A stretch of 64,000 nt of DNA from a virus: positions 32,001 to 96,000 of the IMG/VR virus record IMGVR_UViG_3300012347_000452; one strand, written 5' to 3'. Shown piece by piece: positions 35,250 to 44,130 of this stretch. A model generated the notes under the pieces. It had not been told where the DNA came from. It did no database searches and was given only the letters and a program-made list of their open reading frames with translations. Position 1 is the stretch's first letter. Each line of letters starts with the position of its first letter. A program made the position numbers and the translations under genes.

Positions 35250-35476
35250 TACCAGCTTTCGATTGTTGTGTTGGGGGTGTCGGTGGTGGTGGGTGTTTTT
35301 GCCACCGCCGCCGAGTTGATGACCATCTGGATCACGTCCATGCGGCGGTTCATCAGCGCGTTCTGGAGGTTCTCCCTCTCCGCCTTCGTCATGTAGATTT
35401 CCAGGATCACGTTCTCGTCGGCCTCGCCGAACGCCTCGGCGTAGCGGGCGCGGTGGAAGATGCCTTCGATCACCAT
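35249..35476 (-). CDS. Hypothetical protein
   Basis: TAATG coupling to the RuvC-like gene. Confidence 0.6.
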   Translation of the reverse strand: MVIEGIFHRARYAEAFGEADENVILEIYMTKAERENLQNALMNRRMDVIQMVINSAAVAKTPTTTDTPNTTIESW

Positions 35477-35928
35477 GATCCGAACCCGATGTTCTTGTAG
35501 GTCTCGGCGCGGTCGGCGAGCTTCTCTCGCTCCTTGTTGCCCGCGATCCGTGCCTTGATCTGGCCCGCCTTGTGCTCGATGTCGCCCACGAACTCCCGCA
35601 GGTAGTCCTTGAAGCCCACGAGGTTCGCTGTGGCGCTCGCCTCGTCCATCTCCATCTCCGAGTACTCGGAGACCATGACAGGCTTGAAGACGAAGATCAT
35701 CTTGTTGCGCTTGCCCATGTAGGCTCGCACCGGCTGGAAATCTTCCGAGCCGACATGGGCCACCTTCGCAAAGGTGCCGCCCGGCCGCTTGACGGTGAGC
35801 AGCATGGGTGCCGAGAGCATGAAGGTCTCGGTCGTCGCCGCCATGACGGCGGTGATTTCCTCCGCCAAGAGGTCGAGCTCCAGCTCCTCATCGGACTGCT
35901 CGACCTCGGGTTTCTGTTTGTCTTCCAT
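35470..35928 (-). CDS. Hypothetical protein
   Basis: AAGGAA RBS; promoter/operator upstream; ends FGSW. Confidence 0.7.
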   Translation of the reverse strand: MEDKQKPEVEQSDEELELDLLAEEITAVMAATTETFMLSAPMLLTVKRPGGTFAKVAHVGSEDFQPVRAYMGKRNKMIFVFKPVMVSEYSEMEMDEASATANLVGFKDYLREFVGDIEHKAGQIKARIAGNKEREKLADRAETYKNIGFGSW

Positions 35929-36049
35929 TCTGAATTCCTTCAATCCACGTTCTGTCAGTGATGACTGATCGGTAGTATAGCCAGGGGTCAGCAGGAGATG
36001 GGCCATCTCAGCGGCAAAGCGCTGGCGGTCCATCTTCACTGGTTCATCC

Positions 36050-37996
36050 CTATTTGCGAGTAGCACCAGAGACTTGTCCATAGCCCTTTTCCTTCGTGAC
36101 GGTGATCACTTCATCGATCCAATCGGAGAGCGAGTTGTGGCTGATCACCAGCACCGTGCCGCGCTCTTTGGCCTTCTCGTTCAGCACCGTCATCAGGCGC
36201 TCCAGCCCCGACTCGTCCAGTGCATGGTCAACCTCGTCGGCGATGAAGATGTTGATGGGCTTGGTGGCGCGTGACGCGACCATGTCCTGCAACGCCATCG
36301 CGCAGGCCAGGCGCACCTTGCGCTTTTCACCGCCCGACAGTCCATCGAACGACTCTGCGCCCTTGTCGTTGACGACCTCGATCTGGAACTTCTCCTTGAC
36401 CTCGCCCTTCGCGTTGGTGGTGAGCGTGTTCCAGGTCGCATGGATGTTGCCGTCGGCCAGGGCTGACAGGTAGTGTGCCGTGCGGTCGTTCAGGTACGGC
36501 GTCACGGTGTCGAGGATGTGCGCCCGTACCCCGGCGGGGCCGAAGACCTTCACCGCGTCCTCGTGCAGCTCCATCGCCGCCTCGATCTCTTCCAGCGCCT
36601 TGTTGACGGCTGTGAGTTTGCTCTCCACCTCCACCCGTTGCTTCTCGAGGATGGCTTTTGTCGAAGTATAAGGATTGTCTTTTTTCAACCAAACTCCGGC
36701 CGCCAATTTCAGCTTTTCCACCTCCACCTCGATCGCGGTCTTCTCCTTCTTCAGGTTCTCGATCGCTCGGAGCTCGTCTTGCAGAACGCGCTGTCGCGCA
36801 GCCATTGCGGTGACATCGGTCATTGAGCTTTTGAACGCGGAGGCTGTGCGAGACGCGCTGTCATGGTCAGCCTTCGCGGTCTTGTACTGTTCAGCATCTT
36901 CACGCAGTCGCTTGGTGGCGTTCTCCAGGTCGGCCTCGCGCAGCTTCTTGACGGCTTCGATGTCGTGCTCGCAGTAGGCTTTGCCGCACTCACCGCACGC
37001 CTCGCCCACCTTCGCGCCTACCCCACGCAGTGCCTCGACGGCATCGGTGTGCACCTGCTTGGAGCGACGAGCGGCCGCCTCTCGAACCGCCAGCAGCTTG
37101 GTCGTGTTGTAGACGACCGTGGACAGCTTCTCCTCCTGGTCGCGCTCACCCTGGAGCGAGGCGAAGGTGGCGGCAATGTCTGCCAGCTCCTCGTCCCTGC
37201 CCTTCAGTTGTTCGGCGTCGATCCTGCCACCCAACTCGATGATCTTGGCGTTGAGGGGAATGGTCTTGGCCAGTTCCGTCTTTGCGTTGGGCTTGCGCTG
37301 GGCCTCGAAGCTGGCGTGAAGCGTGTCCTCGTCGATGATGCTGGCCACGAGGCTCGCATGTTGAGCGGCGAGAACGGAGAGCTGGGCGGTGGCAGCATTG
37401 TGCTTGGCCTTGATGTCGTTGTGCGCGGTCTTGGCCGCCGCATAGGCTTTGGCCAGAACCTCGGTGCCGGCCGCCTCCTCGATCATCAGCTTCAGTTGCT
37501 TGTCCGTCATTGCGGGCAGGTCGGGCATCTTCTCCTGACCGGCGTAGACGGCTGCCTGGAACACGTCGAGCGAACAGCCGATCAAGGCGTCGATCACGGT
37601 CTGGGTTTCGCGCTCGGTGCCTTTGTGCAGCTCGATCGGGATGACGCCAGGGGTGGGGTCACGTTGCAGGACGACCGTCGTGTTCTTGTGGGTGCTGTCC
37701 TTGCGGTAGCGGATGACCTTGTAGTCGTTCGTGCCGTCCGTCAGGTCCAGCTCCACCCGGCAGTCTTTCTTGGCCGTCTTGTTGACCACTGCATCGGTGG
37801 AGACGCCTCGTGCGGTGACGCCATACAACGCCCAGCAGATCGCGTCCGCAATCGAGGACTTGCCCGCCCCGTTGGAGTCGGCCGACGAGTCGTCCTTGTT
37901 GTCGCCCTGAATGAGCAGGAGCCCCCGATCGTCCAGCTCGATCTCGGCGTGCTGGATGGTGAGGAAATTGTCGATGGTGACTTGTTTGATTTTCAT
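36050..37996 (-). CDS. SbcC/Rad50 (gp46-like) ATPase
   Basis: NGAGKSS Walker A, coiled coil with CGEC hook, LSGGE signature, DEVD Walker B. Confidence 0.92.
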   Translation of the reverse strand: MKIKQVTIDNFLTIQHAEIELDDRGLLLIQGDNKDDSSADSNGAGKSSIADAICWALYGVTARGVSTDAVVNKTAKKDCRVELDLTDGTNDYKVIRYRKDSTHKNTTVVLQRDPTPGVIPIELHKGTERETQTVIDALIGCSLDVFQAAVYAGQEKMPDLPAMTDKQLKLMIEEAAGTEVLAKAYAAAKTAHNDIKAKHNAATAQLSVLAAQHASLVASIIDEDTLHASFEAQRKPNAKTELAKTIPLNAKIIELGGRIDAEQLKGRDEELADIAATFASLQGERDQEEKLSTVVYNTTKLLAVREAAARRSKQVHTDAVEALRGVGAKVGEACGECGKAYCEHDIEAVKKLREADLENATKRLREDAEQYKTAKADHDSASRTASAFKSSMTDVTAMAARQRVLQDELRAIENLKKEKTAIEVEVEKLKLAAGVWLKKDNPYTSTKAILEKQRVEVESKLTAVNKALEEIEAAMELHEDAVKVFGPAGVRAHILDTVTPYLNDRTAHYLSALADGNIHATWNTLTTNAKGEVKEKFQIEVVNDKGAESFDGLSGGEKRKVRLACAMALQDMVASRATKPINIFIADEVDHALDESGLERLMTVLNEKAKERGTVLVISHNSLSDWIDEVITVTKEKGYGQVSGATRK

Positions 37997-39048
37997 GCGG
38001 CCTCCCGTGCCTCTTTGAGAAAGCCGTCACACATGACAGCCAGGTCTTTCTTGCGCTCGAAGTCCGAGCCGTTGATGTAGTCGGTGACACTGACCTCCAG
38101 CGATGCACCTGCCTTGACGGTCGAGGCGGTGCGTGTGACGCCCGCCTTCGGCTGTGAAATGATCGTCACGCCCAATGCGCCCGAGTCGGTGAGGAACTTG
38201 CGCAGGTCTTCGATCTCGGAGGGTTTGCTTGAGAAAATCTTGGCGCGCACGTAGTTGCCATCGACCATCAGCGGGATGTCTTCTGGCTTGGTGGCCCCGT
38301 CAATCTCGATGAAGCTCGGGGCGTGGGTCGAATGCCACTTGACCCCATCGACGGCGTCGTGAACGACGAGAAAGCCCGCCTTGCTGCCGATGTCCGACCA
38401 TGTCTGGTGGGTGAGCGCACCGACACTCCACACCCGGTCGGCCAGCTTCTTGTGGTGGTGGTAGTGGCCCGCGAAGGTTCGGGCGAACTTGAGCTTGTTC
38501 AGGTACTCGGCATCCAGCCCGTGGTCGGGCAGGCCCTTGATGACCCCGTCGATGCCGGCGTGGACGATCAGGTTGCAGTTCGGTGCGTCCGTGCCGTCTT
38601 GCAGGTCTTCCAAGACCTTCTTCAGGTCGGCGACCTTGCCGATGTAGGGCACCAGAATCAGACCCAACGCGGGCATGGCGGTGGGCTGGTTGACGACCAT
38701 GCAGCCCACCTCCTTCAGCGCGGTGATGGCGCTACCGAGGTCGTTCGCATCCTTGCCTTCGAGGTCGTGGTTGCCGGCGTTGATGATGACCTTCAGGCCC
38801 GAGTCCACCAGAAGTTTGTAGGTCTGCAAGGTGGGGTTGAGCACCGATGGGGCGACCGAACCACGGACGTGGAACAGATCACCGGCGTGAACCAGGGTGT
38901 CGCCACCGGCCTTGAAAACCGCCGAAGCGCATCGCATCGTCTCATCGAGGATGGTCTGGAGCCGGCTGTTGACGCCGCGTGAGTTGGTGTGCGCGAAGGA
39001 CGACCAGTTGTGGTGGTGCGTGTCGCTGATGATGCCGAAGGGTTTCAT
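37993..39048 (-). CDS. SbcD/Mre11 (gp47-like) metallophosphoesterase nuclease
   Basis: SDTH, GDLFH, GNHD, GHYH motifs. Confidence 0.9.
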   Translation of the reverse strand: MKPFGIISDTHHHNWSSFAHTNSRGVNSRLQTILDETMRCASAVFKAGGDTLVHAGDLFHVRGSVAPSVLNPTLQTYKLLVDSGLKVIINAGNHDLEGKDANDLGSAITALKEVGCMVVNQPTAMPALGLILVPYIGKVADLKKVLEDLQDGTDAPNCNLIVHAGIDGVIKGLPDHGLDAEYLNKLKFARTFAGHYHHHKKLADRVWSVGALTHQTWSDIGSKAGFLVVHDAVDGVKWHSTHAPSFIEIDGATKPEDIPLMVDGNYVRAKIFSSKPSEIEDLRKFLTDSGALGVTIISQPKAGVTRTASTVKAGASLEVSVTDYINGSDFERKKDLAVMCDGFLKEAREAA

Positions 39049-39069
39049 GGTTCTCCTGTCATTGGTGAC

Positions 39070-39471
39070 TTAGTTTGCTTTGTAGAAGATGTGGGCGCCC
39101 ATGCGCTTGGTGCGGGTGACGGCTGGCCAGGCGGGGGCAACGCTTGTGGCGTGATAGAAGGTGGCACCCTGAGTGAAGTCGATGTGGCGGTTGGCCATCG
39201 CGTAGGCGGCGATACGCTGGGCGCGTTCCCAGGCGACCTCGTCGCGCGGATAGCCGGCGGGCTTGAGAACAAACTTGCCGCCGCGCCGTGTGACGAGCTT
39301 GGTGGTCCACGAGAACTGGTGGCGGGCGGTGACGGTGCGGCAGACGTTCTCGGGGCTCTTGGCCCGATTCATCGTGACGTTGGCCACACCGTATTGACCC
39401 GGAATCATTTCACCGCGAGCCTCGTGGTAGATGTTCAGGGCCATGCAAAGCAAGGCAGATTCTAGAATCAT
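39070..39471 (-). CDS. Cell wall hydrolase (SleB/Hydrolase_2)
   Basis: CMALNIYHEARGE, VA.V..NR, QFSW, GATFYHA, G.HIFY. Confidence 0.9.
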   Translation of the reverse strand: MILESALLCMALNIYHEARGEMIPGQYGVANVTMNRAKSPENVCRTVTARHQFSWTTKLVTRRGGKFVLKPAGYPRDEVAWERAQRIAAYAMANRHIDFTQGATFYHATSVAPAWPAVTRTKRMGAHIFYKAN

Positions 39472-39530
39472 TTGTTTAACTTTCGTCGTTTGCTTGATCA
39501 TAAGCATTAAACGCAGGGATAACAGTCGTT

Positions 39531-39893
39531 TCATCGGAGTCTCATCGCGGCTTCGACATTCTCCCGATTCATCGCGGGGATGAGGGCGAAGCGATTGAGC
39601 GGCAGACAGCGTTGCAGGATGTTGTCGGGGTTGGTGAATGAATAGGGTCCGAAGAAGTCCGCGACGGGTGTCAGCCACACGAGCTTTCGCTTTCCCTGCT
39701 TGACCACCACACCGGCGCCGGCGTAGCCCTGCTCGATCGAGTCCTCCAGGGCGATGCGCTCGATGCCCCATGCGTTGCGCTTGGCGTAGAGGTGACGCAT
39801 CTGGCGGTGGGCGAGGTACAGACCCCGACCATCGGTGAGCCTGTACCACGCGCCGTAGTGCTCGAAGTTGACCCTATGTTGTTTGAACTCCAT
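39531..39893 (-). CDS. Hypothetical protein
   Basis: ORF in operon. Confidence 0.65.
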   Translation of the reverse strand: MEFKQHRVNFEHYGAWYRLTDGRGLYLAHRQMRHLYAKRNAWGIERIALEDSIEQGYAGAGVVVKQGKRKLVWLTPVADFFGPYSFTNPDNILQRCLPLNRFALIPAMNRENVEAAMRLR

Positions 39894-40239
39894 CGTTGAC
39901 CCTTCTCAACTTCACGACCGTGGCGGTCTTGTTCGGCTGCACGATATGTGGCCCGTAAATCTTGGTGAGCGTCTGGTAAAGCCGCTCGGCATGATTGCCG
40001 TCGTCCTTGTCGAGCTCCGTGTGGTTCTCTGAGGCGTAGACCGCACACAGGGCACTGAGCGGGCCGACCGACACATCGAGGACGGTCGCTTTGCCGAAGA
40101 CCACCTTCCTCTTTTCATCCATCAAAAATACTTCAACACCGATCGCCAGCGAGGCGTATTTGCGACCGAGGCGAAAGGTGTTGAAGTCAGCACTCACGCC
40201 GATAAGTGGCGGGATAAAACCGATGACGGGTGTTTCCAT
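39874..40239 (-). CDS. Hypothetical protein, possible ASCH/PUA-like fold
   Basis: TFRLG...G..V......FG.A.V pattern. Confidence 0.55.
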   Translation of the reverse strand: METPVIGFIPPLIGVSADFNTFRLGRKYASLAIGVEVFLMDEKRKVVFGKATVLDVSVGPLSALCAVYASENHTELDKDDGNHAERLYQTLTKIYGPHIVQPNKTATVVKLRRVNDGVQTT

Positions 40240-40288
40240 TGCACTCTCCACTGGGTTGAATGCCAGTATAGAGAGCGCGATAGGTGGG

Positions 40289-41293
40289 TCAGGTTGGCAA
40301 CATCGCGACCAGTTCGGCGTACTTGCCTTCGGTGCGAATCTTCTCGGCCAGCGCCTTCACGAAGTACTGCTTGCCGTCGGTCCAGGTGATGCGGGGCTTG
40401 GTGTAGGCAACGAGCTTGTTGGCCACCAGATAGTCCAAGAGGCTCACGATCATATCGAACTGGGCGGCACCCAACTCGTCGAAGCTCATGCGGATCGAGG
40501 TCTCCTGGAACGGCTTGGTCATCTTGGACTTCACGCACTGGATGGAGATGTTCTGACCGACGAAGGTCTTCTCACCGTCCTGCTGCTCCATGATCTTCTG
40601 ACGACCGAGCGCCAGTCGCGCGGTGGCATAGAACTCCATCGCCTTGCCGCCTGGGGTGGTGCGCGGGTCGCCGTAGACGACACCGGGCTTCAGGCGCATC
40701 TGGTTCAGATACAGGAAGGTCGCATTGAACTCCTCACAGTGCTGGGCCATCGCCTTGAGTGTCGTGGAGGTGACGCGGGCCAGCGCCGTGGTGTCGTTCA
40801 TCGTGTACTCGTCGATCTCCTTCTCGGCTTGCGACTTGGGCAGCGCGGAGGCGATCGAGTCGAACACGAAGAGGATCGGCGCATCGGGCTTGATCACCTT
40901 GGACTCGCGGATGATCTTGCAGGCTTTGGCAGCGGTGACGTTGCCCTCCTCCCAGGTCTTGGGCTTGCTGTAAAGCCAGTAGGGGCGCTCGGCCTTCAGA
41001 CCGAACCCTTCGGCAAGACCCACATCGAACGAGCGCTCCCAATCGATGAAGCCGGCCACACCGCCCAACTTCTGAGCGTTGACCATCCACTGGGTGGCGA
41101 GCGCCGTCTTACCGGTGGATGACTCGCCGAACATTTCGACCATGCGGCCGAACGGCAGGCCACCGTCATAGCGGCCCGACATGATCTTGTTCAGGGGTGG
41201 GAAACCCGTGTCGATGAAGTTGGTGACTTGTTGGCCATCGGCGTTGGGGCCGAGTTCCTTGTCGAGTGCGGAGATGAGGTCGGCTACGGACAT
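40289..41293 (-). CDS. recA: RecA/UvsX-like recombinase
   Basis: GESSTGKT, D.E..FD, VFDSIA, NQMR, TPGGKAMEFYA. Confidence 0.92.
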   Translation of the reverse strand: MSVADLISALDKELGPNADGQQVTNFIDTGFPPLNKIMSGRYDGGLPFGRMVEMFGESSTGKTALATQWMVNAQKLGGVAGFIDWERSFDVGLAEGFGLKAERPYWLYSKPKTWEEGNVTAAKACKIIRESKVIKPDAPILFVFDSIASALPKSQAEKEIDEYTMNDTTALARVTSTTLKAMAQHCEEFNATFLYLNQMRLKPGVVYGDPRTTPGGKAMEFYATARLALGRQKIMEQQDGEKTFVGQNISIQCVKSKMTKPFQETSIRMSFDELGAAQFDMIVSLLDYLVANKLVAYTKPRITWTDGKQYFVKALAEKIRTEGKYAELVAMLPT

Positions 41294-41296
41294 GGT

Positions 41297-42199
41297 TTAT
41301 TCCTGGAACGGTTTGGTGAAGTGGTCGATGTTTTTGGTGATGCTGGAGAACGCCAGCTCGGCGCACAGGTCGTGGAACTTGTCCTTGTCGAATGCGCCCT
41401 TGCGGACCTCGACGGCTTCTGGCGCCGGCTTGTCCACCCTGAGCAGTTGCATCATCTGGAAGTTGCGGCGGTAGAGCGCACGGCCCTCGCCCTCGTTCAG
41501 ACTGATCAGCGCCTTCTTGGTGGGCTTGAAGGTGCCGTCGGCACACAGGCGCCAGAAGTTGCGCACCGACCCGAAGGCTGCGATCAGATCGACAGCGCCC
41601 TTCTCTCCGATGCCACCGACGCCCGAGATCACATCTGAGCCGTCACCTTGAAGACACTTGCCGTCCAGAAACCCGAGCGGTGTCTTGAAGGCGGTCTTGT
41701 CGAAGAAGTTGGCGTGGTTGACGATCTTGGCGTCGTCGCGCATGTCGCGCCATGAAACGCCGGGTCGCACCAGTTGGAGCCAGTCCTGGTCGCCCGAGAT
41801 CAGCACGATTTCATTGCCTGGTTTCTTGGTGAGTTCCGTCACCAGATAGCCCGCCATGTCGTCGGCTTCATGTGTCAGCACCCGCATCTGACGGATGCCG
41901 AGCGGCTCGATCAGGTCTTTGATGAAGGGGGTCTGCTTTGCGTAGGCTTCCTTGATCGCGACCTTCTTCGGGTCGTTGTCGCGGTTGCTCTTGTAGGTGG
42001 GGCACAGCTTGAAGCGCCACTCGGCGCGACCGTCCCACAGCACGATGGGCGTGGCGTCGGGGTACGTCACCCGAAGTTCGCGCATCGTCTTCACGAAGCC
42101 GAAGATGGCTTGTGTTTCCATGCCACCGGAGTGGAGCTTGGTAGCGTAGTGACAGGCGTAGCCGATGCTGTTGCCGTCGATCAGTAGGTGCTTTGTCAT
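41297..42199 (-). CDS. 5'-3' exonuclease (Pol I N-terminal / RNase H-like)
   Basis: LLIDGN, YKSNR, EADD, SGDQD, GD.SD.I.GV.GIGEK. Confidence 0.92.
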   Translation of the reverse strand: MTKHLLIDGNSIGYACHYATKLHSGGMETQAIFGFVKTMRELRVTYPDATPIVLWDGRAEWRFKLCPTYKSNRDNDPKKVAIKEAYAKQTPFIKDLIEPLGIRQMRVLTHEADDMAGYLVTELTKKPGNEIVLISGDQDWLQLVRPGVSWRDMRDDAKIVNHANFFDKTAFKTPLGFLDGKCLQGDGSDVISGVGGIGEKGAVDLIAAFGSVRNFWRLCADGTFKPTKKALISLNEGEGRALYRRNFQMMQLLRVDKPAPEAVEVRKGAFDKDKFHDLCAELAFSSITKNIDHFTKPFQE

Positions 42200-42259
42200 G
42201 GCAAAAGAATCCCCGCCCAGACACCGAAGTGCCTGGGAGAGGTATTCCTCACTCGTGAG

Positions 42260-43060
42260 TTAGGCGAGATCGCCGAGCAGATCGTCCAGCTCTTCGCCGA
42301 GGTCTGGGGCGGGCTTGGCGGCAGGCTTGGCGCGGACCGGTGCATCTTCCACGTCGTCATGCGCGATGGCAGGGCGAGTAGAGGTGGTGCTGGGGCGGTC
42401 GTTGGTCAGGATGCCCGCAACGCTGTTGATCGCCGACAGAGCCTTGCGTTTCTGTTCGTCGCTCTCTTGCGCCACGTACTCGTCCAGGTCGGTGAGCTTG
42501 GCGTAGGCGGCTTTCGGCACCGCTTGCTTCTTGGGGCTCATCTGCACGGAGTACTTGGTGTTCAGGCCCTTGCCCTCGCGGGTGATGACGAAGATTTGAG
42601 CCTCGTCGGGGTCGAACATGGTGCCAGCCCATTCTTCGACGGCATCGAGCAACTGACCAAAGGCAGTGGCACGAATTTCGAGAATCTGGGGCGTGGTGGG
42701 GTCTTCGCTGTCCAGGGCCAAGACGTTCATCAGGTACGAACGACCGGCTTTGGCCTTCTTCAGCAACTCGACGGTCTCGTCATCCACAGCGGCGTGCTGG
42801 GCGCGGTTCAGACCATCGCAGATCGGGCAGGGCTTGCCGTAGATCGCTTCGTTGCAGGGGTAGACGGCTTGGATTTCGTCGGCAGCATTCTTGATGTAGT
42901 GCTGGCCGAAGTCGTGATACCAGACATGCTGTTCTTCCTTGCGCCATCCTGGCATGAGGATGTAGCGGTTGGAGCCTGGTTGAGGCTTGATCGTCTTGTC
43001 TTTCGACTTCAGAGCGGCCTTCTTTTGTTTCATCATTTCGAGAAGTTTTTTGGTATCCAT
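42260..43060 (-). CDS. Single-stranded DNA-binding protein (gp32-like)
   Basis: HY, C...CPIC, G.GLNTKY, acidic C-terminal tail; next to recA/exonuclease. Confidence 0.75.
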   Translation of the reverse strand: MDTKKLLEMMKQKKAALKSKDKTIKPQPGSNRYILMPGWRKEEQHVWYHDFGQHYIKNAADEIQAVYPCNEAIYGKPCPICDGLNRAQHAAVDDETVELLKKAKAGRSYLMNVLALDSEDPTTPQILEIRATAFGQLLDAVEEWAGTMFDPDEAQIFVITREGKGLNTKYSVQMSPKKQAVPKAAYAKLTDLDEYVAQESDEQKRKALSAINSVAGILTNDRPSTTSTRPAIAHDDVEDAPVRAKPAAKPAPDLGEELDDLLGDLA

Positions 43061-43160
43061 TTTGGGTCCAGTTTGGTTGAGGTTTAGTGCCTTAGACAAA
43101 TGTCAATCAGCACAGTCATTATAGTCACCCATGACGTATGCGGTCACGGGGAACTGTAAT

Positions 43161-44045
43161 TTATTGAATGCCGCGCCCGTTCTTGAAGGCGGCTTTTGCA
43201 CGTTCGGCGATCGACTCGCGCTCGTCCTGGGCGGCCATGATGCGCACGCCACCCTTGAACTCCTCGCGGCGATCGGCACCGAGTTGCACCATCATGTCCT
43301 TGCGGTCAGCCAGTGAAATCACCAGTGACTTGTTGATGGCGGCGATGGTGTCGGCCTCGATGACGGTGTTCTTACCCTTCAACCAGCGCGGGTCGAGCTT
43401 GACGGCGTTCTCCACCATCTTCTCGGTGACTTTCTCGCCGCTGGCGGCGGCAAGTTTCCGGTGCTCGTCGTAGAGTTTGGCCTCCAAGACCTCGAAGCGC
43501 ACCTTCAGGCGGGCGTGCTGGGCTTCAGCCTGGGCGGCCTGGGTGCCATAGTAGGCGCGCAGACCCGACTGCTCCATCATCGCGCTGTCGAGCGTGGCTT
43601 CCGTGAGCTTGGTGTCGCGGTTGAAGGCCATCACGTCCACGTAGAAGCTCAACTTCTGGCCAGGTGCCTTCTCGCTCGTCTCGGGCACATCGCGGCTGAC
43701 CTCGATGTCCACGTCGGCGCCAGGCTGCGTGCCACGAGCCATCTCACGCGCTTCTTCCATCGCGGCGACGGTTTCTTCGTTGGGCTTTTCTTCGACCGCT
43801 GCGGCGGGTTCGGGCTCGGGCTCGACCACCTTGGGCTTCTTCGGTGCGGGTGCCTTGACCGGCTTGGGTTCAGCGACCGGCTCGGGTTCAGGTTCGGCGA
43901 CCGGAGCGGGCGCAGGTGCAGGTTCGGGTGCGGGTGCGGGGGCTGGCGCCGGCGTGGCGGCAGCCGTCATCTTGGTCTGTTCGGCTTCGAGTTCGTCCAG
44001 CAGCGCTGCGATCTCCAGGTCGTCCATTGCGATCTCTTTGGGCAT
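43161..44045 (-). CDS. Hypothetical protein, Pro/Glu linker plus coiled coil (possible UvsY-like mediator)
   Basis: KVTEKMVENAV..D helical domain; position between dnaE and ssb. Confidence 0.6.
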   Translation of the reverse strand: MPKEIAMDDLEIAALLDELEAEQTKMTAAATPAPAPAPAPEPAPAPAPVAEPEPEPVAEPKPVKAPAPKKPKVVEPEPEPAAAVEEKPNEETVAAMEEAREMARGTQPGADVDIEVSRDVPETSEKAPGQKLSFYVDVMAFNRDTKLTEATLDSAMMEQSGLRAYYGTQAAQAEAQHARLKVRFEVLEAKLYDEHRKLAAASGEKVTEKMVENAVKLDPRWLKGKNTVIEADTIAAINKSLVISLADRKDMMVQLGADRREEFKGGVRIMAAQDERESIAERAKAAFKNGRGIQ

Positions 44046-44130
44046 GTGATTCTCCGTGTGTCAATAAAGTGGTGACGGTTTGATGTTAGCGTCAAGTTTC
44101 AGGGTTTGTAAGTCATGTTTGACTTAATTG

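Noticed and set aside
42216-42237. cUUCGg tetraloop hairpin between ssb and the exonuclease gene
   Set aside because: Single instance; an ordinary mRNA stabiliser or partial terminator is sufficient explanation.
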